Of a stretch of DNA of 64,000 bases, positions 34,554 to 48,900 are shown piece by piece. A program made the position numbers and the translations under genes. Under the pieces are notes generated by a model. The model made no database searches. It worked only from the letters and a program-made list of their open reading frames with translations, and was not told the DNA's origin. The stretch's first letter is position 1. Each line of letters opens with the position of its first letter. This DNA is from Blasia pusilla (lineage: Eukaryota), in NCBI GenBank assembly GCA_050084515.1, contig CM114271.1, forward strand, positions 37,882,001 through 37,946,000. Direction: 5' to 3'.

Positions 34554-36049
34554 CCGCTAAACTCAGAAAACGCGGACCATGTTTTGGAAGATGCGGTCGT
34601 TGCCGCCCTCGTCTTCCGTCTAACGCGTGGAAGGTATGGAAGACTTCGGGAACCACGTCAGGCTGTGACTCCCCTTAAACGCAGAGAAAACCACAAAGGA
34701 AACCTGAAAACATTTGTTTGCTTTCTCGAGGGCACCCAAATGGAACAGCGCATAGTCGCAGACGGCCTTGATCTGAGTAAGACGACATGTGAGCACCGTC
34801 TTATTCGAGATTTCATTCGCATATTCTTCGCGAGCTCTTGCGTGGACCGACTCCAATGGCCTCATGTCCTTCAGCAATCGTCTAAACTCATAACACATAA
34901 GTTCGATTCCGAATCTAAATGTCTCCAGCACAGAAAAATATGTTTCGCCGTGACGTCGAGTTTCCAACAATGCCTATTGAGTCTCACTCGAGTTTGAGAA
35001 TTAGAACCTCTCAAAAGGCGTTGAAAGGCCATACGTGGCGCCCCTCTTTAGCCATGTTACGATGACACCCCACATATGTTGAACAGGATGACGCGAGAAC
35101 GTGGCGATGTGCCCCGCTGTGAGGGCCACTATCTACGGCGCGTGTACGTCTAATCTGACGGCCATGAATGTTTCTGGAACTCCACTCAAATCCAAATCTC
35201 TACAGGTTATAAAACCTTCTCAGATATTTCAGGATTGTGAAATAGACACCTCACTTTTATGAAAGCCATCAACTTTGACGCAAGGATTTAGAGTAAAGAT
35301 TAATCCGTAGCCTCCAATTCGCAAAAGTGGAAGTACATGGATCTGTAGAAACAACCCCTTCTTAGCTAAGCATAGTAGAAGCAGATGCCTCTACTAGCTT
35401 CACACGAACATACACTGAGAGCTAGTCGACCTAGAAATCACTACCTAGCAATAACCCTAAATTTAGTTGCCCTACTATTGTCTAACATGGACATTTCTAG
35501 TCCTTCTTGTCCATCGTTGCATTTTCAACCATAACAAAAGGCTGGTACATCAACACACGATCGAACCCAATGCTCAACTAGGAGACATATGAGAGCAAGG
35601 TTCTTATCTTTGAAGAGGAATGTTGTTACAAAACTAGTGTGGGAAGGGAAAACGTTAGTGAATTTTTTTTCTTGCGTCACAATAGGAACTCATGTTGATG
35701 ATCTACATTTAATTTTTAATAAGACTGAATTGTATGAACGCAATGTCAAATTGAAGACATGAATTAATATTGGCATGTAAGTAGCAAAAAGAATACCATG
35801 ACAATATTAAGAAGTGGATCAACTGAATTTGTACCATATAAATCTTGGAGATATAAACCTTTAAAGTTAAAATTATTGAGCACTTCTCAATTGTTCAACC
35901 CACTATATTCTCATTCACAAGAGTTTTTCAGAAACAATAGTTATTTGAGTAAAATGCACCATAAAGAGATTTTTGTGTTGTGCTAACTATAAGTTTCCCT
36001 CTAGCTGCTTTAGCTTAGATTTTGTCACTCTTTCTTCACAGCCTTAACC

Positions 36050-39000
36050 AAGAGGTTAAGGCAGGTTAAGGCAACTAAATGAATGATGGCGCAAAGGTAT
36101 GATAAGAATCCATGGTCTCTAAAGTTGGCCTAGGTTATCCAACAACACCACACGTGTTGTAATCATCGCTCGCTATATCTCTAGCCTAGCTGGCATATCT
36201 AGCAACTTCGCCGCAGCAGCATGCCATGACTCAATGGGGGACGTCTCGAGCACCTGATCCGAGGGCAAGTCCACCGCCTCTTCAACTACATGTGAAGGAG
36301 AGGCAGTCACCTCTCCATGCTCACACAACGTGGCGGCTAGTCGGAACACCTCTGTTGGTCCAACTCCCAGCGTCCCCAACTCCATGGCAAAAAATAAATG
36401 GAGCCTAACTCACCCTAGTGGCCACCTCCAATAACGTGGTCGACACTAGCTCCACCCGAGCCGGCATAGGAGTTGCCTCTCCAACTCTTCGTGACGTTGA
36501 TGCACCTGCCTCACCCATGGGCACTACTGATCGTCGAGGCACCATCGACAGTATATGGAGTGCCTCCAACAACATGAACGACTCGGGAACCCTCACCTGC
36601 CGTCCGATCGGTCCCCTCTTGTGGGTCAATCTCAGCCGCAACTCTCAATGGCTTGGTTACTCTTGCAGCATCTCGACTCACCACCGCATTAGCCTCAACC
36701 TGAGCCGCACTACCTATAAATCCCATCCCCACAGAATCCTCACCAGTGTCGTGGTAAGATGTGGAGGCTGCTGTTTTAAGTCTAGCGTTTAGGGTCTAGC
36801 AACTCTTAGCTCTGTGCATGCCCTTAGCTGCATCATCGTCATGGAAGCAATCCTCTGCTCCAATTGATCGATGCGTGTAAGGAGCGCTGCATCGGGTGCA
36901 CATCCTCCATCTCTTGTGACTGGTGATGGAACTCTACGACCACGATCATCCACTACTCAATCTCCACGAACTCTCTCGCCCCCAGGTCCTCTGCCTACCT
37001 CTGGGCATACCTCCCGGAAAAGATCAAAACACCTTTCCCTATTGTGACCATGTTAATGATCACACAGCAATTATGGTGGGGCCATCCTAGGTGGCTCCTG
37101 AGCAATTGGAGCTATTCCTACTCGTGGACCCATCAAATCCCGTGAAAATCTTGTGGTCATCATATGCTCTTCACTCATGTTGAGCTCTACCCGCTCAGAC
37201 AACTCGAAGACCACCTTCAATGTGGGCTTCGCCGTATGAAGCAACATTGCATCCCAAACTCTCCTCCGTAGCTCCTAGTCCAAAACCTCATACCAATATT
37301 GAACTGACTTTGCCTCAGTCATCCCTTATGTGGCAATGATCAGCCTTCGCATGCGCGTGAACGCCTCCCTCAGAATCTCACTCAATCTCCATTGAAAATC
37401 CTATAGACTCTTCATCTTATCGATCCACACGCCTTGGTAGCTCCTCCCCAACTATCGGAAGAACTTCACTATAGGACTGAAACTTGGTGGTTCTCTACCA
37501 CGATAGGTCTCTTCCACCTCAACACTCTCACTGCCATCCACTCCATCTAGTCTCCGGGCTTATAGTGAAAGTCTCTCTGCTCTCACTATTCCATCATACG
37601 CCTCGCAACCACTAGTGGACATGTACCCTAGAGCCCAATACACCCTCCAAGCATCGATCTCTATAGAGTATAAAGATTGGAACCCCATGTAATCATCCAT
37701 TGGCGGACCCTCCAAGTGCTGGAACAAGCCCTTCCATGCCATGAAAGGGTTGAACCATGTCGAGGTCCGTATCTCTTGGAAATCGCACCACGTGTCAAAC
37801 TCCTAGATGATGTCATCTAGATCTCTGGTGCCTACCGCACCTGAGAAAAAATGCATGCCTTGATGACCCATGTCGTCCATCTCTCTCCACGTATCACTGT
37901 ACCCGTCTACAATCTCGACACCAGACCTGCTGTCTAGTGATGATGATCCAGCCCCGGACGGAAGTCAGGGTGGTTACTTGCTCGAAACCCCTCCATACCT
38001 CACACCACTCCGTGTCACTCCACTACCACTTCTCATACTACCCCGTTCTTCTGCACCTTAGAAGAACGTTGTGATGACAACCCTATCTCACCCATTCAAG
38101 CACTCAGACTCACCAAGAGTCTCCCACACTCCTCACTAGCTCACCAATGCTAATCGTAATCGCGTTACCGCACACCCGGCTTCATGCACACTCAACACTC
38201 CGGCTCACCATGAGCCTCCCAACTAACTCATCTAAACTACTGACACTCTCGGGTCATAACCCCTACTCGAGAATCACCATATATCCACAACACGCTACAC
38301 ATACATGGAGACTACACTCATCACCATCCCTACACCCATCTAGCACCACCTACTACCCGATATCTAACACCCTCAATAACATGAGAGAAGTGCGGGAAAA
38401 GGGACTCGAATGGGTAACCTAAACATGCCCACTATCAATCTACACGCCAACACTGTACGTCAATAGTACTCCTCCATGTGGTACGGCAACCTCTGCAACA
38501 CGACACTCTCTTCAAACACACGTCAAACCTCCTGTTAGTAGATATGGACTACCCCTCGGCATTAGCAAGTGTCTCCACCACTAACACTCCATCCCAACTT
38601 TCATCGCAAATTTTTGGTGCAAATATCCCATCTCGCTCTCCGTCACACAATGCCCAAATCCCATCTGCGCTTGCCAATACATCAAGTCTCCAAAACTCTC
38701 TATGAACGGTAAATCAGACTCCCGCCACACATCGTAATGCCTGCTCAGAAATACCAAGTCGCAAAATCTCCCCTACTACGTATCCCAAATTTACCACATC
38801 CGACACTCAACTAGGTAGCATGTCTACCACGTTCACCCTACACACCACGTCCACCATTCCAACCCCGTAACCCCGACTTGCTAGCCGCTCCGCCTCTCCA
38901 GCTCTCCACTTAAACCCCTTCGGCGCCTCCCATATTGTGGCTCCCCTGCACCCCGACGGCGCGGCTACCCTTTGTTCGGAGTCTGGACCTTCCTTCTTAC

Positions 39001-39180
39001 TCCCAACCCCTATGTCCTAGCTTGCGCCCCTTGTGCGCCTCCTACCACCTGCTTCCTTTCCGTTGGGACGGCCTGCGTTCCTATGTGCCTTCCTACGGAC
39101 TTGCCTCCCTCTCCTTTCCCCCGAGATAGTTGCTTAAGAGGCCCCCCGCAAACTTATTACCCCGACATCAGCCCCCTACA
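36050..39180 (-). mobile_element. Highly degenerate LTR retrotransposon remnant (gag-like region), probably Ty3/gypsy
   Basis: The minus strand is purine/G-rich with stop-riddled gag-like frames and a broken zinc-knuckle-like stretch (HGHNRERC) near 37030-37075. A possible LTR start TGTAGGGGG lies at 39180. No RT was seen. Confidence 0.45.
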
Positions 39181-40368
39181 AACTATTGTTACCAAATAGG
39201 CCCCTCCACCCTGCCAGGTCAGCTGCTATGCAGGTAACTCTCAAGTGTTCTTGTATGTTGCTATTGTAGGAGGGTTGTGCACGATATGAGAGCAGACTGC
39301 AGTACAAGCCTCACGACATGGTTGACTAGCGTTTAGGGTTAATCCTAATAGAGCCTTCCTAAACGAGGATCACGACATGTAAATGCAGGGATTTCTTACC
39401 TCGAACATCAAGGTCTCTTCCTCAATATTCTCATTCTACGATGTTCATCTATTGGATATTCTGAAAATGGATGGTACAAAGCGTTCAAAGATGTATTGGA
39501 GACATCGCCCACTGATTTTACCCGATTTTTACACCGACATTTTTTCCCCATGGATGAGAAGGGTATATTTTCCGGCGAAGAGGAGACACACAGGAAGTGG
39601 TCTGCGGCCATTCCACTTAGAGTCTAGAGCCACGTTTGACTTGTGGAAAGCTTCCACATTCGGGAAGGAGCCTAATCTAGTAGGATATAGCTTGGAAGAA
39701 GGTAAGTTCTGTTAATTAGCTTTTGCTCTCTTGACCGGCTGCTATTTTCAAGCACTGATGAAGTAGGAGAGCGTTTCAGAGGATTTTAGCCACCACTGCG
39801 GATATACTAGCTGCTTTTTGTTTCATGTGGATTCATCACTACTAACTTCGATGTGAACATGTTTTGCAGCCCATAGACAGGCTGAACGGATCCGTTTGAA
39901 TGAAGTGTTTGTAAACTTTGATGACTTCTAGTTTGCGCTTGATTGTTGGTGCTCCATTAACTCCAGAGGGAAGAGTTGTGCACGGACAAAGAGATGGTAT
40001 CGACTTTGCACTTGCAGATATGGTGCTACCGTAAGAGGGAAAGGTCCCCCCGAAAGAATGGAGGCGAAGACATGTTGTGGCAAGGCGCCTGAAATAGAAG
40101 ATGATGAGAATATCATCGGTCAGAAAATGATGAGACACCTGCAACGTGATCAAGATGCCCCTTTAGGAGACATAATAGGTCCCATAGAGGCAATGTTTAA
40201 CAATAAACGCGGCCTACTCGAAAGTCAAAAAATTCAGGAAGTGGATTCGACACACGGAAGTAGCGCCCACTATTTGCCTTCAAATGTGAAACCGCCCTTG
40301 GCGGCTACGGCAGATAGCCGCTTGGTGGATAGCCTCTTGGCAACTAATCGTATTATCGACAGGCTAGT

Positions 40369-41787
40369 GTGGAGCAGCCGATTTTGAATGTTTGGGTGGA
40401 AATAGAGAGCATTGAAGACCCTCCAATTTATAAATGCTCAAATGGGATGGGAGCAGCATGGCATCCACAACATTCTAAGAGACCAAATCAGCCCATTTTC
40501 AAGAATACATTCACTGAAATAATGGAACCCTTGAACGACTCCATGCAGAGAAGAAGAAAGCGTGAACAAACATCAACTGAAAAAAGAACACCTGGGATTG
40601 CTCGGAATGGTGTGTGGGGAGATTTTTCGAGGTATATGTGTGTTCCAAATGAAAAGGTGCATACGTCTTGTGAATGGAGAGTAAGATGCCAATGACATAA
40701 GAATTATGGCTGCTATCAAATAACTATATGCAACCTCAAACACACATGCCGAGGACACATTCACTCGTGGAAAGGTCCTACCCATAAAGCAAAGTGGTTG
40801 GCAGTGGTTTAATCACAGTCTGGCAATAGGTGGCTATTCACAGTCTATAATATGTTGGCACCTATTTATAGTCTGCTTTTTGTTGCTTAAGTTTACAATC
40901 TGTTCTTTGTTGGCGCTTCAATGGCTATCTTACACATGATTTCATACCAATGTGCAAGTATGATTTCTGTATGAGAGATGGAAAGGCACCATTTAAAAAA
41001 TATCGGTGAAGTAGCAGGCTATGTTTGAGAAATTGAGCCTGAGAAGTTTGCTCGGTGTGCATTTCCCTTGCCTCGATATGGCAAAGTCACATCGAATCTG
41101 GTGGACGTAATCAAATCTCCAATCAAGCCTATTAGAGAAAGTCCTCCTCTAGGCATTGCGCCTGGCATGAGGAATGATATGATGAAGACTTATGCTAAGA
41201 AGAAGCTTGAAGCTTATCACCCTGAGAAATTCAAAATTGCATTAACAACATATGCCTTACTTCGATATTGGCAGAATGAGAGTACTTGTCAAGCATTCGA
41301 AGTTATTGCCTCAGATGAAGCAAATGCTCTAGTTGTGTCAAGAACCTCTAGGCACGAATTTCATGTTCACTTTAGTCCCAAGTGCCAATGCTCTTGCCTT
41401 GAATTTCAAGACACATGTTGGCCTTGCACTCATGTTATGGCGTGGGATGTATACACCGGAATGGATTCGGAGCAATTGTTTGGCCATAATAGAAAAACAT
41501 GTGAGGTTCTAAAAGCGGACATAGCCCTTGGTAGACCAATATGTACTAGAAGTCGTATGCAAAGAACTTGGCGGTGGCATGCGGCTAATAGTGGTACTAG
41601 TCTGGCGGATATGGCTCTTGTCGAAATGCCGGATAATACTATGGTGCATCTGGAAAATAATGCTCCCGAGGACATTATACAAAGCCTTGGCGTTAGGCAA
41701 GGAAAACCTGGCCGAGAAGTGGGGGTAAGGAGTGATCATAAGACGGGGGAAAAAAGTGCGGTTCAGATGAATGAGAATTCTCTTTGA
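40369..41787 (+). pseudogene. Mutator/MULE transposase remnant
   Basis: Motifs seen: CEWRVRC...HTC...KWLA (MuDR N-terminal zinc/DNA-binding region), FPLPRYGKVTSN, and the SWIM finger CSCLEFQDTCWPCTH. Confidence 0.75.
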
Positions 41788-44700
41788 CTCTTTATGGATA
41801 TTACCACAACCAATGTGCATAAACGCAATTATGAGATCGGAAGTAGTAGTGGTGGTTACATTGGTGAAAGTATCCTTGATGAAATTGGTAGGGGAGAGAA
41901 TTGGGGCTCCCCCCGGAAGAAATGGAAGGGGACAAGAGGGTGGTGCTCAATTCACAAGCGTGCGACAAAAGATTCAGTGGCAAGCAGATAAACGATTCCT
42001 TGACATTTCCAACTGCGAAAGAAGTGTATAGCTTATCCGACAAAGAAAAAGAGGAAGCCATGGAAACGATTCACCCTCCATCAATCCCAAATTTAGACAT
42101 AAATTGGAAGGTAGATACATATGAGAATTGGAATCCATTGGAGGAAGCATTTTACATTACTTTAGCGAAGGAAGCTGCAAAAGAATACATTGTTTAAGAG
42201 GGGCTTCAAATTATAACAGGAAATGAGTGACATTTTTTTCTTCACATTGTGAGGGGCGGATTTATTTCATCGTATTACGGCTACTGAATTGGAATTCAGG
42301 CACTGTATATAGTGTACTTAGTATAGATATTTTCTTGGCGCTTATTTTGACTCTCAACGGCTATTTTAAATGGATCAGCGAAAAACATGTGAATTGATTC
42401 GTTTTCCCGAGTTGTATCTGTATTGGTGCATTGCGTTTGTTTTATATGTATTCTGCTGTAAGCCAAGAACGGCTTTGCCGATCACCACATTTTTTTTCTC
42501 GACCATTTACCTTCTCATTGTCTCAAATGTTGTTTCAACACCTGCAATTATGAAGTGGGATACTGATTCGTAAATAGGAAGTTTTGAACGGCATTTTGGA
42601 CCGTCTTCACAATTATGCAACAATCTTTGAGGTCCGTAAGTTAACGGACCTACCTTTCATTTTGTAGGTCTGCTGCACCTACACTCCTTAAAAGGTCACA
42701 TATTTGCTTGCCTACCAAAATAGGTTTTACATTTCTTCAGTGTCTCACCTATTAGGCTGCCGCATGTCCTTACACGAAGACATCCACGTACTTGCTGCTC
42801 CTAAATAATTGCGCCTATGTGAGTGGGCGTCAAAGGATAATTGCGCCTGTGTGTAGCCGCCATTGCCCATTAGAGAAATATACGCCAAGTGGCAAGATCT
42901 TTAGACTAGTGTGTAGACTTTCGGATAAATACCCGCCAAGTGGCGATTAAATTCTTTGAAGAGCAAAACTTCCTTAACGACTTCGTGAAGCTCATGAGCG
43001 AATTAGGCTTGAGTGTCGTCTAAACATCAAAAATCCTACTGATTTCTCATGGCATTCCAAAATTTTAGCCTAAGTAAGTTCACTTCCAAACATATGCGCA
43101 TAAATATCCGCCCCGGAGGTGTGAAATGGAGATCTCGTGTAAAACCCTTCGGAGAGCAAAGGTTGTTCGTCCTATCTTGGTTGTGTGATGTTGAAGTTAG
43201 ACGTCCAAACATGCCAAGAAAGATATCCAAGACCAAACATGGTTATATCTAATATCTTCGTTGCCACGATTGAAGGTTAGTATCCCGACTAATATTCTCC
43301 GCAATTAGCCGCCGGAGAAAAAAAGCTCCCATCCAACTACGCCACTCTACGGCTCTTGCTTGGTTCTCGCTTTTGTGCAAAGTTTGGCATTTCTCGATTT
43401 GGGATTTTAGAATGTAATCCGTCATCGATGTCTAACTGTGTCTAGACCTGCACATAATTCCCCCCTCCATCTCTCGGGATTCTCACCATTTTATGATACT
43501 GTGAAAATTCATACTGCACTTGGGAACAATTGGAGGAACTCTGAAAACTCTTTGGGCTTATGGTTGCGGCTGGGTATAGCCATAGCTATATCGCCATCAA
43601 CTAATGTGAAACCTAGAGCATCCCAAGACACTCTACATGAAGACTCCCTTGTTTTTTTTTGGGCTTTTGGTCGATAGTATATATATTTTCCATTGCCACT
43701 AAGGCTCTACGTCTCCACTAAGTGAAACAAAAAAGCCTCCCAAGACACTGTATATAGCTCCAGCCTTATAGTGTAGACCAAGACGGCTCTTAGATGTGTG
43801 AAGATCAGGAAAGTTCCAGATCTTCCATTAGCACAACTCAACCATTGGCAAGCTTAGTTTCAACTGTCTTCATTTCCGGATTTTGGGTATTGAGAAGTGG
43901 CAAACAACAAATTAGGGTCATCAAATGAGCTGGACCTACTCAAAAAATTCAAGCAATCTGCGAGGAATCTCTCACCATTATTTGAAGATAAATTAAATTG
44001 TAATCACTACACCAAAGATCCGAGTGGAACAACTTTTTCGGACTTGTCATGACCGACAAAAAGAAGTCATTTAGGAAGATGGATGCGTAAGAGGCACTCA
44101 CTCAGGCGTGCAAGTAGAAGGTTGCTTCCCGAGGGAAGGGGGCAGAAGGGGGAAGTTGAACGGAGGCGGTTTGGGCATGGGAGACCAAGATTATGTGTGT
44201 AGCCGCCATTGTATGGTCACCATCGAAAGAATTTTCGTGACACCATTTCCCCCAAACGTGGTTGATTGTGTTTAGCCTTAAACCTAAAAGGCCTCCATCG
44301 AATGTAAACCCAATATCCTCTCAACACAGTGTTCGCACCCCCTAAACTGCACTATGCGGGGCGGTATATAGCCGCCCGTGTCCATGGCCTCTGTTTCTCC
44401 TGTTTTGTGCAATGGATTGCTCTTTGAAGGTTAGCCGCCATGGTAGTATGTTGCGCCTATCAAGCCACGTGAATGACATGTCCACTTATCTTTCATTCTC
44501 CAAAAATCTCAAGATTACAGTGGAGTTTAGGCTCTGTTTGACAATTGATGAAGGGAGTCCTCAGTCGGTGTTATCATATGAGATAAGAGTTACATACTAG
44601 AAGAAATCCCTGGTTTTATGACTAGGTTATATGACTCATATGAGTCATATTTTAGATACCACGACTAACAATGACTGACGACTATTTTAGACACAAAAGC

Positions 44701-45910
44701 CAAGTCATATTTGTTTGGCAACTAGGCTAACTAGGATGGTCAGCTTAGGTGGAGGTTGGTATATGACTCGAGGGTGTAGTCATGAGGCCATGACTGACAC
44801 GGCACTTAGATGACATGGAATAATGACACATCATCAGTGACGTGGACTATTTAGTGTGATGTGTCACTGATGACATGGACTATTGTTGTGACATGTCAAT
44901 GATGATGTGGACTTGAGTACGACTCATCTAGTCATATGTGTATATTTTTCTAGTTACCACCAACGACTCCTTTAGTCATGATTGGTGTGCAAAAGTTCAA
45001 AATATCCTATCAAAATGCACCAAGTGTGCTCCATTTAGTTATAGTTGGCAACTCTTGTAGTCATTTTATTTTATTGAAATGTTGGTAAGGACTCATGTAG
45101 TCATGTACTATGACTAGAAGAGTAGAGTTACATGACTACTATAGAAGCGGACACAACTGGTTTAGTCACAAAGATATGACTATGTGAGTTGCGGTTATTA
45201 TGTAGTCATTGAAACAGAAGTGCGTGAGTCATACAATTATGACTAGAGAGAACTTGAAGCTTACTACTTCAGTTTTTGAACCGTACTGTGCAAGTTATAT
45301 CGATATGACTAGTGGGAAAATAAATTTTGGATATTTTGGAATGTTTATTATGCCTTTTGAACGGTGCAAGAATTAATGGATTTGAATTATTGAAATCCTC
45401 TTTTCCATTTATATGGTGAATACTTAAGCGTTCACCTTAGCACATAGTATAATTTTGAAAAAGCGCAAATAACAAAACAACATCATATATCCAGAAACAT
45501 ATCAACTGAACTATATGGAAGTAGCGCATGAGCACTATGTTGTTACATTGAGTAGTGGCATCTTGAAGTAATCAAGAAACTACATATATTTTTTCTCTGA
45601 GTTTAGAAAGAGATGTAATAAGAATGTCTTGCTACAAACGAAACATACGTAAGCAATTAACCAAGCAAATAATGAAAACATACTCTTGAAAATAGATTTT
45701 GAGGGATGGAATGTCACCAAAGAGTAGCTTCCATACACCAAATTACAAAATGAATCACTATTACATGGGGTTATAATCCAAATAGATAAAATGAAGATCA
45801 AATATAGTAGGGTTTATGATATCATCTTGAAAGAGCAAGTAAGATCATGTCATCCATGAAAATAAAGTTAGTGCACCTTAGATAGTTGGGTGCCAAAAGA
45901 AAAGACTACT

Positions 45911-48900
45911 CTACTGAATCACCTTTCTCATATGCATCTTTGGCCAGAGCATGCTTGAGCCAATAGCATCACCAAATGTTTCTTGTGCAGGTTCGTCTAT
46001 CAAATTTGGCATCCACAAAGCATGTTCTGATTCGAACACCTCGTTTAGATCAACCCTCACCATGCCTAAGGGGATATCTTTGGCATGGAACTTGTCTCTT
46101 CCACCAAAACTTGATATAACTGCTGACCCAAGCACCATCCTACTCAACTTTGGCTTGGTGAGTAATACGTGATTACCAATTTGTAGCTAAAAAAATACAC
46201 AGGAATTTAGTTAGTATCAATTCAAATTCTTCCCACATGCATTTGCACCATTAATCTGAAAATAAAAAAATGCTATGATATACCTATTTGAAAGACCATC
46301 CCCATTTCGGAAGATGATGCAAAAAGTTCACAAGTCCTAGATGACCATTTGAGTGTCCACAATAAGAAATATCAGTGTCGTCATATAAACCTTGAATAGA
46401 AGATGCCATTATAGATGAGATAATTTACCTTAGTTATTTTCTTAGACGAGCTTGATCTGATTTCACTTTCCTGCTCATTCAAACCATCAAACTCTAGCCT
46501 AGACTTTTGTCTTTTGGCAGGTGATGATTTGGCTTGGCTGTCCATACTCAGGTTTTTTGCATATTATGCACGCCAAAGTCCATTGAACGTTGTAGGAAGA
46601 AATGAGTATTTTTTATGGATAGGTTGAAAACTACGCCAAAGAAAAATTCATTATGCCAAGGATGACATACTTACGAGTGATTCGAGTATCACCATCTGCA
46701 CTTTCTTTGGAACTTCTCCTTTTGTTGTTCCATTCTTGCAATTCTACAAACAACCCAAGTATTGAGAAATGAATTGTAAAACCAGATTTTTCACTTCAAC
46801 AATTAATTATATTAGAAGACCCTACATCTAGTGAAGCTAAAATCACTCCTTACCACCAGATTGTGTTGTTGCCATTGCCTCTTTTTGTATAATGATCTTC
46901 CTCTTCCCTAATTTTCCGGCTTCAGACGTTGGTGTAGGTTCAACAATGACTGTAAGTTACTCAAAACAAAGAAAGTCAGTTCTGAAATACTCATGCTGGA
47001 AAGGAAAAGTAGTTATAACCATTGAAAATCGAGGGCGGAAGAATGAGAATGGGCTACATGATGTGAGTTTCTCATCCCTTGTTGCATATGGTTGAGAATT
47101 GGATGGCGGGAAACTAGAAATCTACTGTGGTGTTGAAGACACATCCTTTGAAGTAAGCTTGGACACCATTTCCATGAGTACACTTAATGCTTTCTTCTAC
47201 CGTTCCATCTCCAACTTCACATCATCCAAATTTTCGCTCCACTTCTTTTCCACTTCTTCCAATTGAATAGTGACTATGGATTCCACACTCTGCATATATA
47301 ATCCAACGATCAATTAGATACAAAAAAACAATGGTTTTGCAACTATACAATCAGATACAACCATGATACTAACTCCATAATTCAACCTGATTAAGGATAT
47401 GATACTAACTCCATGATCCAATCAGATGAAGGTCATAATACTAGCCATGTCAATCCAACGGGTAAGAAAAGAGTTATGCATTTACATTTACCAATGAGCT
47501 CAATTGTGTGAAACCTGGTTGTTTAGGCAACTCATCTCTCTCTATAGATTCTAGCCCCATGCCCAAGGACTCCTTTGAGGTACGTTGTTGCACCTGCACA
47601 TGCTCCTTAAATACATAGATTATGAAATTCATGCATGGGAAAGGGTTCAATGCAAATATGGAAATGAAGCAATAATGGAAGTTTTCTACAATTATGTAAC
47701 TTTAGCAAGAAAACTAGGAAATGCCAAGATGAATTACATCAAGTCCATCTAAACCTGCACGGCTGGAGAAATTTAAAGTCTGGACCTTGGCCCTTACTCG
47801 AGCCATCTTTTCTGCCTTCATTTTGCCCTACTCGGAGAGCCAATAATCTACTAATCGATTCCATGACTCCTCATCGGTATCAGGGTGACATAGGAGTGCG
47901 CGATGAGCCCCATGTAATGTCCAATAGTTCTTGACATTGGATCCCTCAGTTTTCAATAGTTGTGCTATTTTTTTCTTCATGAAATCAAGCAAGAGAGATG
48001 ATGCACTCACATATGTGTACGCCTCAAGGATGTGATTCTGAATAGCAACCATGCTGATAGAATTTTTTTTACTAATCTCAATCCATGATAAGTCCAGGTA
48101 TCTCATCATCCATACCTTCAATTCATTTAGCCAAGGCTCATAACCTCGAACTCTAGGCGACGGAAAACCATTTGGCATGAGCTCACATGTAGGTTTTAAA
48201 ATCTGCTCCTTCCTAATCGAGACATCACGAGTCCACAAATCACGCTTTGTGCGACTCTGCCGTTCTCCTACAAATATATCACCATCCCAATTCTCAGATA
48301 TAAAAAATTTAGGGCCGACAATTATAAACTCACCAAATCATAATTATGTTGAACTATATTAACTATAAGACCAACTTATACTAGTAATAGTTTCACACCT
48401 TTCATAATCCAACCAACCATGTAATTTAGAACAATTGTAATCTCCCATTAAGCCTAGAAAATGTGGACTCATTTTACCATCATATCATTTCTAAAGTTTA
48501 GAAACTTAGGTTCTAGAATACAATTGCCAAATGAATGTGAATGTGGAGACTACCACATTTCCATAAATCAAAGAGACCATTCAAGAATTCAGCAAACACT
48601 CTAACAAGAATCATGAAACTGAGAACCAATATGTCAATTCTCAAAATTCATATGTATTATGAACAATTGAGGAGTATATATCAGCAAATAGCATAAGTGT
48701 GGTGAACTCTACCCTAACTATAACCGATAAACTCTGAGAACTTTGAAAAAAACCACATCATCTATAAAAAATCAGATGACCTAGAAATATGTAAACTATA
48801 AAATCAATTTCTCTAGGCATGAATTCTGTATCATATCATATCTTTTTTAATAACTTCCAAAACATAGACTCAAGAATTGAGTAGCCACGTGAACATAGGT

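Noticed and set aside
34372-34997. ORFs of 94-137 aa on both strands
   Set aside because: No recognisable motifs or convincing gene structure.
44005-44070. CACTACACCAAA as the start of another CACTA element
   Set aside because: No matching inverted terminus or subterminal repeat array was found in the window.
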